Shown here: piece after piece, positions 49,183 through 61,439 of the stretch
Numbering within the stretch: position 1 is the stretch's first letter
Layout of the letters: each line of letters opens with the position of its first letter
Assembly (NCBI RefSeq): GCF_028641065.1
Contig: NC_073399.1
Coordinates: 32,674,001 to 32,738,000, forward strand
Length of the DNA: 64,000 bases
Reading direction: 5' to 3'
Origin: Leucoraja erinacea
Taxonomy: Eukaryota
The notes under the pieces: model-generated
Seen by the model: the letters and a program-made list of their open reading frames with translations, nothing else
Databases searched by the model: none
What the model was told of the DNA's origin: nothing
Translations under genes and position numbers: made by a program

Positions 49183-49194
49183 AATTCGGTTCAC
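49113..49194 (-). CDS. Leader exon of the B7-like gene (ATG at 49182; MDLIFQLNFCLFFILFESTHSVQ)
   Basis: Acceptor ctccacag| at 49195, hydrophobic leader, donor A|gtaagt, followed by a 90-bp intron. Confidence 0.85.
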
Positions 49195-49555
49195 CTGTGG
49201 AGTTAAGCACAATACGCAAAACAATCAGAAATTTGGATGAACATATTGACATGCAATTAAGGGAGGGACAAAGAGTGCTGGAGTAACTCAGCGGGTCAGA
49301 CAGCACCTCTGGAGATCATAGAGAAATGTGAGGTGTTACCTTTTGGGAGCAGAACCTACACGGTGAGCGGTGGAGCTCTGGGGCGTGTGGTAGAGCAGAG
49401 GGATTTAGGAGTACAGGTACATCGTTTGTTGAAAGTAGCATCACAGGTAGATACAGTGGTCAAAAAGCCTTTTGGCACATTGGCCTTTATCAGTCAGACC
49501 ATTAAGTATAGAAGTTGGGAGATCATGTTGTAGTTGTATAAGATAATGGTGAAGC

Positions 49556-49835
49556 CATTACAATAGAGCAATTGATTTTCCTTTCTTCTTTTTTTTTCTT
49601 TTCTTTCTAGGGTCTTATTTCTTTTCTTTGCTTCCTTCTCTAATTCCTTCCCTAAGCGGTTCTCTTCTCCCAACACTTTCCTGCACCTTCACGATTCTTG
49701 CTTACTTTCCTTACTTCTTTTATTTCTATCTTTTTTAAAGCTCAAAAAATGAAGTGGTACAACATAATGTAATAAGATATATGCGATGTATTAATGTGAT
49801 TTACTGTACTGCTAATAAAAATAAAATTTAAAAAA
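49556..49835 (+). mobile_element. 5'-truncated L1/Tx1-type retroposed fragment inside a CR1 remnant
   Basis: AATAAA plus A-rich tail; 16-bp TSD AAGATAATGGTGAAGC at 49540-49555 and 49836-49851. Confidence 0.75.
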
Positions 49836-49859
49836 AAGATAATGGTGAAGCTACATCTA

Positions 49860-50360
49860 GAATATTGGGTTCAGTTTTGGGCACCATGTTGTAGCAAAGA
49901 TGTTCTTATGCTGAAAAAGGTGCAGAGAAGATTTACAAGAATGCAGCCAGGAATCGAGGGGCTGAGCTGTAGGGAGAGGTTGAGTAGGCTCTGACTCTAT
50001 TCCTTGGAGCGCAGAAGGATGAGGGGGGGGATCTAATAGAGGTGTACAAAATCATGAGAGCAATAAATCCGATAGACGCAAGGTGTCTCTTGCCCAGAGA
50101 AGGGGAATCAAGAACTGGAGGACATAGGTTTAAGGTGAGGGGGGAAAGATTTAATAGAAACCTGGGGATAACTTTTTCACACAAAGGATGGTGGGTGTAT
50201 GGAATGAGCTGCTGGAGGAGGTAGTTGAGGCATGTGCGATTGCGACGTTTAAGAAACATTTGGACAGGTACATGGATAGGACAGGTTTAGGGGGATATGG
50301 GCCAGGTGAGACTAGCGTAGATTGGGCATGTTGGCCGGTGTGGGCAGGTTGGGCCGAAGG
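49860..50360 (+). mobile_element. Older CR1 3' fragment
   Basis: Continues the CR1 that begins near 49330; RTGGHRFKVRG...WNELLEE. Confidence 0.75.
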
Positions 50361-50949
50361 GAAAACTATGAGATAGGTGACATTTGGGTCGGGACCCTTC
50401 ATCGATGTGTGAAGAATGTTCAGACATTCTTCTCTGGAGGTGCAGCCTGACCCACTGTGATGCTCCAGCACTTTGTAAACCAGCATCTGCAGTTCCTTGT
50501 TTCTACTAATTAGTGGAGGGATATGGATCATGGACAGGCAGAGGAGATTAGCTTGAACTTACCATCTTAGTTGGCACAGATTGTTGTGAGTCGAAGAGCC
50601 TGTTCCAATGATGTACTGCTCTATTTACTAAATCAAAAGAAACATTGGTTTACATTGCTGATATATCGTGTCAGGAGTTTCATATAACTACAACCTTAAA
50701 CAATAAATCATATTTGATAATTTTGTGACATTCTGAAGAAAAGTCACTAACCAAAAACATTACCTTTTTCTCCAGACATGCTGCCTGAGTCATTGAGTTA
50801 CTCCAGCACTTAGTGTCTATCTTTGTGACACTTGATTTGGCTGATCAGAATTAAGCGCTATAATTAAAACAAATCATTCTATTTGGTGTTTTCCACCAAT
50901 TATCAGGGTAAAAATCCAAAAGTCTGTGCCCTGTCTTAATTACTTCATA

Positions 50950-51226
50950 GGTAGACAAAAGTGCTGGAGAAACTCAGCAGGTGCAGCAGCATCTATGGAG
51001 CAAAGGAAATTGGCAACGTTTCGGGCCGAAACCCTTCTTCAGACTGATGTAGGGTGGGGGGAGAAGAAAGGAAAAAGGAAGAGAAGGAGCCCGAGGGCTG
51101 AGGGAGAGCTGAGAAGGAGAGGAGACAGCAAGGGCTACCGGAAATTGGAGAATTCAATGTTTATGCCGCTAGGGTGCAGACTGCCCAAGCGGAATATGAG
51201 GTGCTGCTCCTCCAATTTCCGGTGGT
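50950..51226 (-). mobile_element. Penelope-like element 3' end (GIY-YIG C-terminus plus terminal repeat with a hammerhead-like motif)
   Basis: Minus strand reads RKLEEQHLIFRLGSLHPSGINIEFSNFR*; motif CTGAAGAAGGGTTTCGGCCCGAAACGTTG. Confidence 0.8.
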
Positions 51227-51593
51227 ATCAAGTTAGTGAATTTCCTTGGGGATTTCCTAGTCCCTCAGAGCAAAACACAAAGTGCAGGAAGATCTTAGCA
51301 TTTCAGGCAGCATCTGCGGAGGAAAGGTTGCGACTGAAGAAGTCTCCAGCCCCGAAATGTAATTTGCCTATTTCCTCCACAGATGCTGCCTGACCCTGGG
51401 CTCCTCCGTCACTTTGTGCTTTGCTCAAGATGACACCATCTGCAGTTCCATGTGTCTCCCTCAGTACCTTCAATGGAAGATCAGGGTAATTACTGAAAAC
51501 AGATTCATTTTAGATAGTGTGTGTAATCCCATGGTTTTCCATCAGGATACCTATTTCAGGATTGAACACCACACTTTCCTGGACCGTCTATAG

Positions 51594-51912
51594 CAGTGGT
51601 TCCCAACCTTTTTTTGGCCATGCCCCACCTAGTCACCTCTAAAATCCTGATGCCCCCCCCCATGTGGTGATATATAATTCTTATCATTTAAAAAGTGAAC
51701 TCCGTTTCAGCTGAAGAAGCTTAGAACGCCAATACCTTGGTCTAAACAAGCTTCAAAAGAACATGGCATCCATGAAAAAGAAAAATGAAATAAACAAAAG
51801 ACAGTTAAAGTTCTGAGCAAGAAATTACTAAAAAATTGTAAAAAAAAAAAAAGAAAAAAACATTAGGTGGAAATTGCCACCCTGTGGGGCGTACGCCCCA
51901 CGTTGGGAACTG
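51594..51912. mobile_element. hAT (Charlie-type) MITE
   Basis: TIR CAGTGGTTCCCAAC / GTTGGGAACTG (3-nt deletion on the right); 8-bp TSD GTCTATAG at 51586-51593 and 51913-51920. Confidence 0.85.
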
Positions 51913-54179
51913 GTCTATAGGGTGACACAGCGGTACAGTAGCTGCCAAACAGCTCGTGACCACGTGGGTGTTCTCTGAGATCTTTGTTTTCCTCCCACAC
52001 TATTTGCCGTTCCCTTTTCCTATTTGCTTTGATCTTTCTCGCTTCCTCATCCAAACTCCTACCTCTTTATAAGTTTTCTTTACTCAGAGAGTGGTAGCGG
52101 TGTGGAATGAGCTTCCAGTGGAAGTGATGGAGGCAGGTTCATTGGTATCATTTAAAAATAAATTGGATAGGCATATGGATGAGAAGGGAATGGAGGGTTA
52201 TGGTATGAGTGCAGGCAGGTGGGACTAAGGGGAAAAAAAAGTTGTTCGGCACGGACTTGTAGGGCCGAGATGGCCTGTTTCTGTGCTGTAATTGTTATAT
52301 GGTTATATGGTTATATGAGTACGTCAAACAGGACAAACCAATACTTGTTGCTCCCTGATGTATGTGTCGATGCTGAAACTCTTCTGGGACGTCCTAACAG
52401 TCTTTGAATCATGTTTTCTATCCACATGTGATGGTCTGCCATCAGTCAGTTCTCAGCCCACGTCGGAAATGATCTTTCCACTAGTGGGAGAGTGTAGGAC
52501 CAGAGTGCACAGTCTCCGAATAAAAGGACATACCTTTAGAATGTAAATGAGGTGGAATCTCTATAGTCATGGGTGGTGAATCTGTGGAAATCATTGCCAC
52601 AGACGGTGGTGGAGGCCAAGTCAATGGATATTTTTAAAGCAGGGATTGAAGGTCAAAGGTTAGGGGGAGAAGGCAGGAAGATGGTGTTGAGAGGGAAAAC
52701 TAGATCAGTCATGATCAAATGGCGGAGCAAGCTCGATGGGCCGAATGACCCAATTCTTCTCCTATGTCTTATGGTCATGGTCCACAACTGTAAGGTGCAG
52801 AGGAACCTGGAAAAAGCTCTACATTACTTACATGGAGCTTTCCTGATCATTCAAGTTGCTTGTCCATTGGGTGTCCAAGCTATAGTTTAGTTTAGTTTAG
52901 AGATACAGCGCCGAAACAGGCCCTTCGGCCCACCGAGTCCGCACCGACTAGGCACCGACTAGCGATCCCCAAACACTTCCACTATCCTGCACGCACTGGC
53001 GGCAATTTACTTTTATACCCACAATAATAACATAATAATCATAATCATAATCGTAAATTATTAGCCAAGTGTGTTTTGCAACATACAAGGAATTTGGTTT
53101 GCCATACAGTCATAACAAAAAAGCAACAAAACACACAACTACATAATAATGACATAAACATCCACTGCAGAGACTCCTCCACGATCCCCAGAAAGGAATA
53201 AGGAGGAGGAGGAGCCTGAGGGCTGAGGAGGGGGAGGAGACAGCAAGGGCTAACAAAATTGGGAGAATTCAATGTTCACCGAAACGTTGCCTATTTCCTC
53301 CGCTCCATGGATGCTGCTCCCACACTCCAAAGACGTACAGGTTTGTAGGTTTAAGAAGGAACTGCAGATGCTGGAAACGTGAGGTACACAATAAATGCTG
53401 GAGAAACTCAGCGGGTGCAGCAGCATCCATGGAGGACCTGCTGAGTTACTCCAGCAGTTTGTGTCTTGATTCTAGGCCATTTCTTCTTCTGCCTGAGTTC
53501 AAAATGTAAATTCAAACATGCAATTCAGAAGAAGGGGTAAACCATTTGGCCTTTCGAGCCTGCTCTGCCATTCAATGCAAAGGTATGGTTGTAACATTAT
53601 CTCCCAATTCCTTCTGGTAACCCTTTATTCCTTTTTTTTTGTTATCGAGAAACTATCTAACTCTACCTTAAAACACATCCGATGTCTCTACTTTTACCGC
53701 CTGTTGATGAAGAGGCTTCTAAAGGCTCGCAGTCTCTGGGTGAACAAAATTTCACCTCGTTTCTGCTTTAATTTATTAACTCCAGATTTGTGACCTTTTA
53801 CACCACGTTACAGATTCGAAACTGTCCTCCCCGTCATCTTTGCGTCCTATATCCATCCAACAAACATCACAGGATATGAAACCATTTAGTCCCCTCTCAC
53901 TCGTCCTCTCAACTCCAGCGCACCCAAACCTCACCTGCCCCACCTTAGCCAATATGACAATATGCCCACTCCAGCAAACTGTACAAAAAAAGTCCCCTTC
54001 AACCTATATCCCTTGCTCTGGCTTCACAATCTGCATTATAACCATATAACCATATAATAATTACAGCACGGAAAACAGGCCATCTCGGCCCTACAAGTCC
54101 GTGCCGAACACTTATTTTCCCCTAGTCCCATCTACCTGCACTCAGACCATAACCCTCCATTCCTTTCCCGTCCATATGA

Positions 54180-55327
54180 TGGTTGCCCTCTCCCCTCCCT
54201 GATGGACATCTACACCTCCCACTGCCTTGGCAGGGCAAAGAAGATCATCAAAGACAGCTCCCATCCTGCATTTGGACTGTTCGACCTGCTGCCCTCTGGA
54301 AGGCGCTATAGGTGCATCAAATCAAGGACAAATAGACTCAGAAATAGTTGCTTTCCGAAAATTATAACTACTCTTAATTCAAATTCACACATGCACTGAC
54401 TTCACAGCCCAACACCCGGACTTCCATCTGTATATATGTATATAGCGCCGCAGAATTGTGCACCTACCCCCCCCCCCCCCTTCTCCCTTCTTTTTTTTTG
54501 TTTTTCTGTTTCTTGTTTTTTGTACTAAATTATATGTATGCACTGAGTACGAGCAGCTTTCAATTTCACTGTACATGTATAGTGACAATAAATGGCATAT
54601 CTATATCTATAGAGGAGGCAGTCATACCCCCATCCATATAAACGGGACTGAGGTGGAGCGCGTCTCCAGCTATAAATTCCTCGGAGTACATATCTTGGAG
54701 GATTTGTCCTGGTCCCTCAACACCTCCAAGCTGATCAAAAAGGCACAGCAGCGCCTTTACTTCCTGAGGAGGCTCAAGAAAGCTCACCTGTCCCCCCGGA
54801 TCCTGACCAACTTCTACCGCTGTACCATAGAGAGTATCCTGACCACCTGCTTCACGGTATGGTACAGCAGTTGCACCGTAGCGGACAGGAAGGCACTACA
54901 ACGGGTGGTGAAAACCGTGCAGTACATCATCGGTGCCCCGCTCCCTGCCATGGATGCCCTCCACCGAAAACGGTGTCTGAGACGGGCTGGGAAGATCATC
55001 AAAGACCCCTCACACCCCAACCATGGACTGTTTGCCCTCCTCCCATCAGGGAGGCGGTAACAGGAGCCTCAGGTCACGTACTAGTAGGATGAGGAACAGC
55101 TTCTACAACAATACAATCACATTGCTGAACTCGGAGTCCCGCCGATAGATTTCTCCAGTCCCTCCGTCCCCATTGTTTAATTATTCTGTATTTTTTGATT
55201 ATTCTGTATCTTCTCTCTTTCTATTTTTTTTTAATTTCTTTATGTACAACTACTACGGACTGACGCAAAACTGCATTTCGTTGTACTCATACTTGTATTT
55301 GTGCCATGACATTAAAGTTGAATTGAA
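54180..55327 (+). mobile_element. Two tandem Rex1/Babar 3' fragments (54180-54598 and 54610-55327)
   Basis: SHPAFGLFDLLPSGRRYR...; VERVSSYKFLGVHI...KKAQQRLYFLRRLKK. Confidence 0.85.
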
Positions 55328-55884
55328 TGGAATTAACACATAAAATACATGAAACAGGAAAGTTCAGTGAGTGGAAAAGATTCTGGATGTGCAAATATAG
55401 GGAAGGGTGGGGGGGGTCAGTCTCAGTCTACCCCGACAGAAGGGGACAGACACGGACATTCACAGAAAGACACATACAGACACCGACAGACACAGGGAGT
55501 AATCTGCAATGTGTCAGTTTGTTCAGTTTAGTTACATTTAAAATTCTGAATTACACCTAATCTAAGAAAGACTAAAGAATTGAACCAGTAATCTACTCAT
55601 CGTTGCAATGGCTGTAAAAGGGGGGAAACATCAAAGAACTGCGGATAGTAGAAGGGTCTCGACCCGAAATGTCGCCCATTCCTTCTCTCCAGAGACGCTG
55701 CCGGTCCCGCTGAGTTACTCCAGCTTTTTCTGTCTATCTAAGGAACTGCGGGGTTATAAATAAAGACTGGAGTAACTCAGCGGGCCCGGCAGCAACTCTG
55801 GGGAGAAGGAATAGGTAACTTTCGGGTCGGTCCCGGAGTGTGGACAAGGCTGGAATAAAGAAACACGAACTAAGACAAACTTAC

Positions 55885-55935
55885 CCGGAGCTCCCCGTCA
55901 GTCACCCTGCCGCTGGCTTCAATATCTCTCCCTCT
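55885..55935 (-). other. Probable non-coding first exon of the B7-like gene
   Basis: Consensus donor GGG|gtaagt at 55885/55884 in a unique CpG-containing patch next to ISRE motifs; the leader exon has an acceptor 12 nt before its ATG, so an upstream exon is expected. The 5' end is a guess. Confidence 0.55.
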
Positions 55936-55940
55936 CATCG

Positions 55941-56261
55941 ACTTTCAGTTTCCTGACTTTCGCTTCAGGGTGACTGTTCCGAAGCGGAGGCGGCGGTGAA
56001 TGGTACTGGTGTACAAGCAGAACTCACAGGAAGGAGCCTGCGCCTTTTGCAGTAGTCCTTGCTGTTAAACGTGCAGGTAATCCGACGCCAGGTGGCCAGC
56101 AGAACGCACCAAAGATCCTATAGCAGAGCATAAGATCTTTGGAACGCACAGTGGACAAGTGAGGACCGGAGAGGAAACGAAGGTCAAGGCGACTGCTCGC
56201 TAACACAAGTCCCAACAGAATGAAACCATAATTCCGGGAAATTCCCGAGCGTTGTGTGGTT
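55941..56261 (-). promoter_or_regulatory. Putative interferon/NF-kB-responsive promoter of the B7-like gene
   Basis: ISRE/IRF-E ACTTTCAGTTTCC 55941-55953 and ACTTTCGCTTC 55956-55966; GAS TTCCGGGAA 56232-56240 overlapping kB GGGAAATTCCC 56236-56246; RUNX TGTGGTT 56255-56261. Confidence 0.6.
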
Positions 56262-56569
56262 TTAGAAATCCCCTCCTCCCGTTTGTTTTAACAACCTCGC
56301 TCTCCCCAGATCTCTGGACTTTCTCTGTTTTGTACAGGAAGGAACTATAATGCCGGATTACACTGGCATAAAATATCCCAGAGAAGGAACAATAAAAAAA
56401 AAAGACTAAAATAGACAAAACAAGCTGGAGTAACTCTTCAGACTTACAAGTTTGATCCCCAGTCTTCAGACCCCAAGTTTGACCCCAAACGCCACCCATT
56501 CCTTTTCTCCAGAGATACTGCCTGATCCACGAAGTTACTCCAGCATTTTAGAGTGACACAGTGTGGAAA

Positions 56570-57212
56570 CTAGAATTTAGAAGATTGAGGGGGGATCTTA
56601 TAGAAACTTACAAAATTCTTAAGGAGTTGGACAGGCTAGATGCAGGAAGATTGTTCCCGATGTTGGGGAAGTCCAGAACTAGGGGTCACAGTTTAAGGAT
56701 AAGGGGGAAATCTTTACTCAGAGAGTGGTAGCGGTGTGGAATGAGCTTCCAGTGGAAGTGGTGGAGGCAGGTTCATTGGTATCATTTAAAAGTAAATTGG
56801 ATAGGCATATGGATGAGAAGGGAATGGAGGGTTATGGTATGAGTGCAGGCATGTGGGACTAAGGGGAAAAAAAATTTTGTTCGGCACGGTCTTGTTGGGC
56901 CGAGATGGCCTGTTTCCGTGCTGTAATTGTTATATGGCTATATGGTTTTATGGAGATGAGAAAAAAAAATTCACACAGAGAGTGGTGAATCTGTGGAATT
57001 CACTGCCACAGAAGGTAGTTGAGGCCAGTTCATTGGCTATATTTAAGAGGGAGTTAGATGTGGCCCTTGCGGCTAAAGGTATCAGGGGGTATGGAGAGAC
57101 GGCAGGTACAGGATACTGAGTTGGATGATCAGCCATGATCATATTGAATGGCGGTGCAGGCTCGAAGGGCCGAATGGCCTATTCCTGCACCTATTTTCTA
57201 GGTTTCTATGTC
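56570..57212 (+). mobile_element. Nested CR1 fragments (second family inserted into the first)
   Basis: Family A 56570-56713, family B 56714-56950, family A resumes at ~56955. Confidence 0.75.
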
Positions 57213-60200
57213 TATGAAACAGGCCCTTCGGCCCAACTTGCCCAGCTACATGACCCAGCTACACTAGTCCTACCTGCCCGAGTTTGGTCCAAATTCCTCC
57301 AAACCTGTCCTATCCATGTATCCATTTTGTGGGGCTTTTATTGCATGAATCTAATCTGCTATCCAGGAACCATCTGCTAACCATCAAATTACACCATTTT
57401 CAGTCCTATCCTGGACTTCTCTTTACTCCACTCTCTGCATTAATTCCCCGAATAGAGTTCAGAATTTAAAGGCACAGCTTGGAAGCAGTGCTTCAGCCCA
57501 CACTGATCACACATCACACTCGTTCTACTGTGTTTAAGAAGGAATTGCAGATGCTAGAGAATCGAAGGTACACAAAAAAGCTGGAGAAACTCAGCGGGTG
57601 CAGCAGCATCTATGGAGTGAAGGAAATAGGCAACGTTTCGGGCCGAAACCCTTGGGTTTCGGCCCGAAACGTTGCCTATTTCCTTCGCTCCATAGATGCT
57701 GCTGCACCTGCTGAGTTTCTCCAGCTTTTTTGTGTACACTAGTTCTACTGTTAGGCCCGGAGGTTTTTGTCAGTCTCCCTACCTGCTTCCACTACCTGCA
57801 ACCTCGAGCAATCACCTGCAACCTCCGGGAACCGCACGGAAACCTTGGGTGCGGGGGAAAGTCTCCAGAGGTTTCCGTTCAGGTTTCCTAAGTGGGACAG
57901 GGACATTAGCATCCATACCCTACACTGGGGGCAATTTGCAGAGGCCAATGAACCTACAAACCTGCACGTCTTTGGGATGTGGGCGAAACCCGGGAGCGCC
58001 CGGAGAAAGCCCATTCGGTCACAGGGAAAACATACAAACTCCACACAGACAGCAGCCGAGGTCAGGACCGAACCTGGGTCTCTGGCGCTATGAGGCAGCA
58101 ACTCTACTGCTGCGCAGCCCTGCCACCCTAATGTTTTCTGGTGGCATTCCTTTTCCAATTTTTATTTTAGTTTTCTTCCAAAGTTCAGTTTGTTAAGTTG
58201 TCGACATCAACTAACATGGTGGAATAATCTCAACCACTTGCAGACAAGTGGCAGCATAGTGGTGCAGCGGACATGGCTGCTGCCTCACAGCCCCCAAAGA
58301 TGCGGGTTCAATACTTGCCTCGGGTGCTGTCTGTGCGGAGTTTGCCTGTGACAGTGTGGCTTTCCTCCGGGTGTCTCGGATTCTTCCCACATCCCAAAGA
58401 ACTACAGGTTTGTAGTTAATCAGGTTTGTAGTTAATCAGGTGGATGAGAAAGCAAGCTGTGAGAATTGGTGATTAGAGGTCAGCGTGGAACTGGTGGATC
58501 AAAGGCCTTGTTTCCATGATGTATCTCTAAACTAAAACTATACTAAACATGACAAGCACCTAGTTTTCACTGTCACACTCAAAATGTTAAATTGGACTGC
58601 GCTGGAGATCTGAACTGCTAGTAGAACAACAGACCATTCGGCCCACAATGTCTGTGCCAAACATGACACTGAGTTAAACTAATCTCCACTGCCTGCACAT
58701 GATCTATATCCCTCCATCCCCTGCATATCCATGTGCCTATCTCAAAGATCATCCTTCAAACATCACCATCGCATCTGCCTCTTTGGCAGTGTGGTCCAGG
58801 CACACATCAACCTCCCTGTAAAAAAATGTGCACCTCACATCTGCTTTAAACTTTGTCCATCTCATGTTAAAGCTATGCCCACTCACCTTTGACGTTCCAA
58901 CCTTGTGAAAAAGGTTCTGACTGTCCACCCTATCTATGACTCCCAGAATGTAATATACTTCTATCAGGTTTCCCCTCAAGCTTCAATGCTCCAGGGAAAA
59001 TCATCCAAGTTTATCTTTTCTCCTTATAGCTATTCTGGTAGATGGAAGGGATGACATTAAGTGAACTACACACCGATGCAATAGGATTGTATTTAGAACA
59101 GAGAAACATGAAGAGGAGACGAAAGCTAGCAAAGGAATTAAATTAACCCATTTATTCTCCAGTTATGTGATGGATGTGAGAACAGCTCCTTTGCCTTTAC
59201 GGGAATGATTAACTAATCTTACCGATCTGCAAAGCCAGTCACTGCATTCAATGTTACTATGAATACCATGGCGCACCTTCATCTAACGTTGCTCAGTCAC
59301 TTTGTAACAGTCAGGAGAGTTGATCAAGTGCTTTTCACTCCCCAAGCCCCACAACAAAGTGGGAGGCTATGGCAGTTTAGACACTCAAAAGCGGCAGCAA
59401 AAGCAAAATCCTGGCAGTATTCTGGTAAATGGAAAGGGTGTGTATGTTGTGCTATAAAGTTAACAACACACAGTCCAGATGGAACAGGGTTTTATTTATT
59501 ACAGGCAAACATGAAAAGGAAGCATAGAGTTTTTCATAGGTGGAATTGCATAGAGTTTTTCAAATTACACTTTCTGAGTACATAAACAAGACCAGGCAAT
59601 CAAATGTAATATCACCAGTCAAAATGCATAGTTTAATTCAATATTCAACAAATGGTTCTCTACAGTGACACATTTATAATGGGTGATTATGGCAAATGAC
59701 CAATGATGGAATTGGGGGGGGGGGGGGGGGGGGTATGCAGGGGGACGGCGTTCCCCTAGTTTTCAATTTCCAGCTCGAGTTTAATGAGTACTGCAGAAAG
59801 ATTTGAGTCATTTATCACTTTATTCAACTCAGACGAAAACGATTTGTTAACTGCCACTGTTAGCACTTGTTAACAGCCAGTAGTTAACAGGTAGTAGTTA
59901 TACAATGTGTCATCAATACATCGATCTACATTCCTCAGTAAATGTATTACTCAGACCATGTATTAACAATTCAATTCAATTCAAAGCACTTTATTCGTCC
60001 CCGAGGGGCAATTTAAAAGGGCGCATTACAGTAGCCTTTTAAAAAGGGACACAATCAACAAACATAAGCAGCACGCATACTGCACAATCAACCAGCACAC
60101 GCATTTCACAGACACACTGCACAATCACACAACACACGCCGCACATCAACATTCAACCATTAGTAATAGTTTTTAAAGTGCTTCCTAAGTGCTTCAATTA

Positions 60201-61439
60201 AAAAGTGCATATAGAAGGTTATTTCATTTCATATGTTCATGAGTCAGTGATCAGCATTAAAAAGCTGGACAGCCCTGGGGATGAAGGTTGCCTTAACGAT
60301 ACCGCGTTTCTCTGCATATAATTCAAGGGAGAATTTGTTAAATTCACTATCAGGGCAGACCGCGAGCACAGACTCAAGTAGAGTCATGTTATTTTATTAT
60401 TTCACGTTATTTTATTTGCCGCTCTGCCGCACTGCCTCCGTGCCGTTCTGCCTCTCTCCCTCTGTGCCTCTCTCCCTCTGTGCCCCTCTGTGCTGCTCTG
60501 CCCCTCTCTCCCGCTCTCTCTGTTTTTATGTAGAGGGGTAATAGAGAAGTACTCCGGACCGCGAGCTCACTGACTGAATGATACATGCATCCTGACTGAA
60601 AATCACACCCTTCCGATCAATTATTTTAGAGTAAGCCTTTCTAGAGAACAGGCTACTTTTTGCTTTGCCCATTTTCAAAATATAGAATTTTGAATGTGAC
60701 ATTTGATTGGTACAAGGAGACTACAAAGCTCGTAATATCTATGCTTTTTATGCACTGAAACTTTCTACATTTCTACTTTTGGGTATGTATGTGGCAATTA
60801 TGGCTTATGGAATTTTTTCCCACACCTAGTTATATTCGTAACAACATATTTAAATATGTAAAATTTACGATCTTTCACAACCCCTTAAAAAATGCCTGAA
60901 GAAACCACCCAACCCTAACCGTCGCCTAGTCATTCCCTCCATACAGGGCCACATTTAGATGAAGAGAGGCCCTAAGCTATTTCACTTGTGAGCACACACC
61001 CCCCCCCTCCCAATCCCCCACCCCCATGACTAGAGGACCATGACTGCCCGACAGTGACAGTGTGACACTTATAGATCCGACTGTATGTTGTCATTAAATG
61101 GTTGGTTTTAAAATCCATATTGGATTCACCGCGCAGCGAGCGATGCGTTACCTGGATCGCCGTTTGAAGCTCTGGAGTGTTGGGCCTGCTGCTTCAACAT
61201 CACCGAGCTGTGGTTTGCGAAGCTCCCAGCCTCGGGCCGCGCTGATTTTAATATCGCGGAGCCCTGGGAACCCTTTGCCGAGGGCCACCAGCGTGAATCT
61301 CCACCCAGCTCAGCCTGTGGATTTCGGGATCCGCGGTCTCCGGTAGGAAGTGGCCGATTCGGAAGTCCAAGCCGCTGAGAATATTCTCCCGTTCCGACGT
61401 CGGATGGTGACCCCCCAAATGTCATTGTACGAATGGTCA

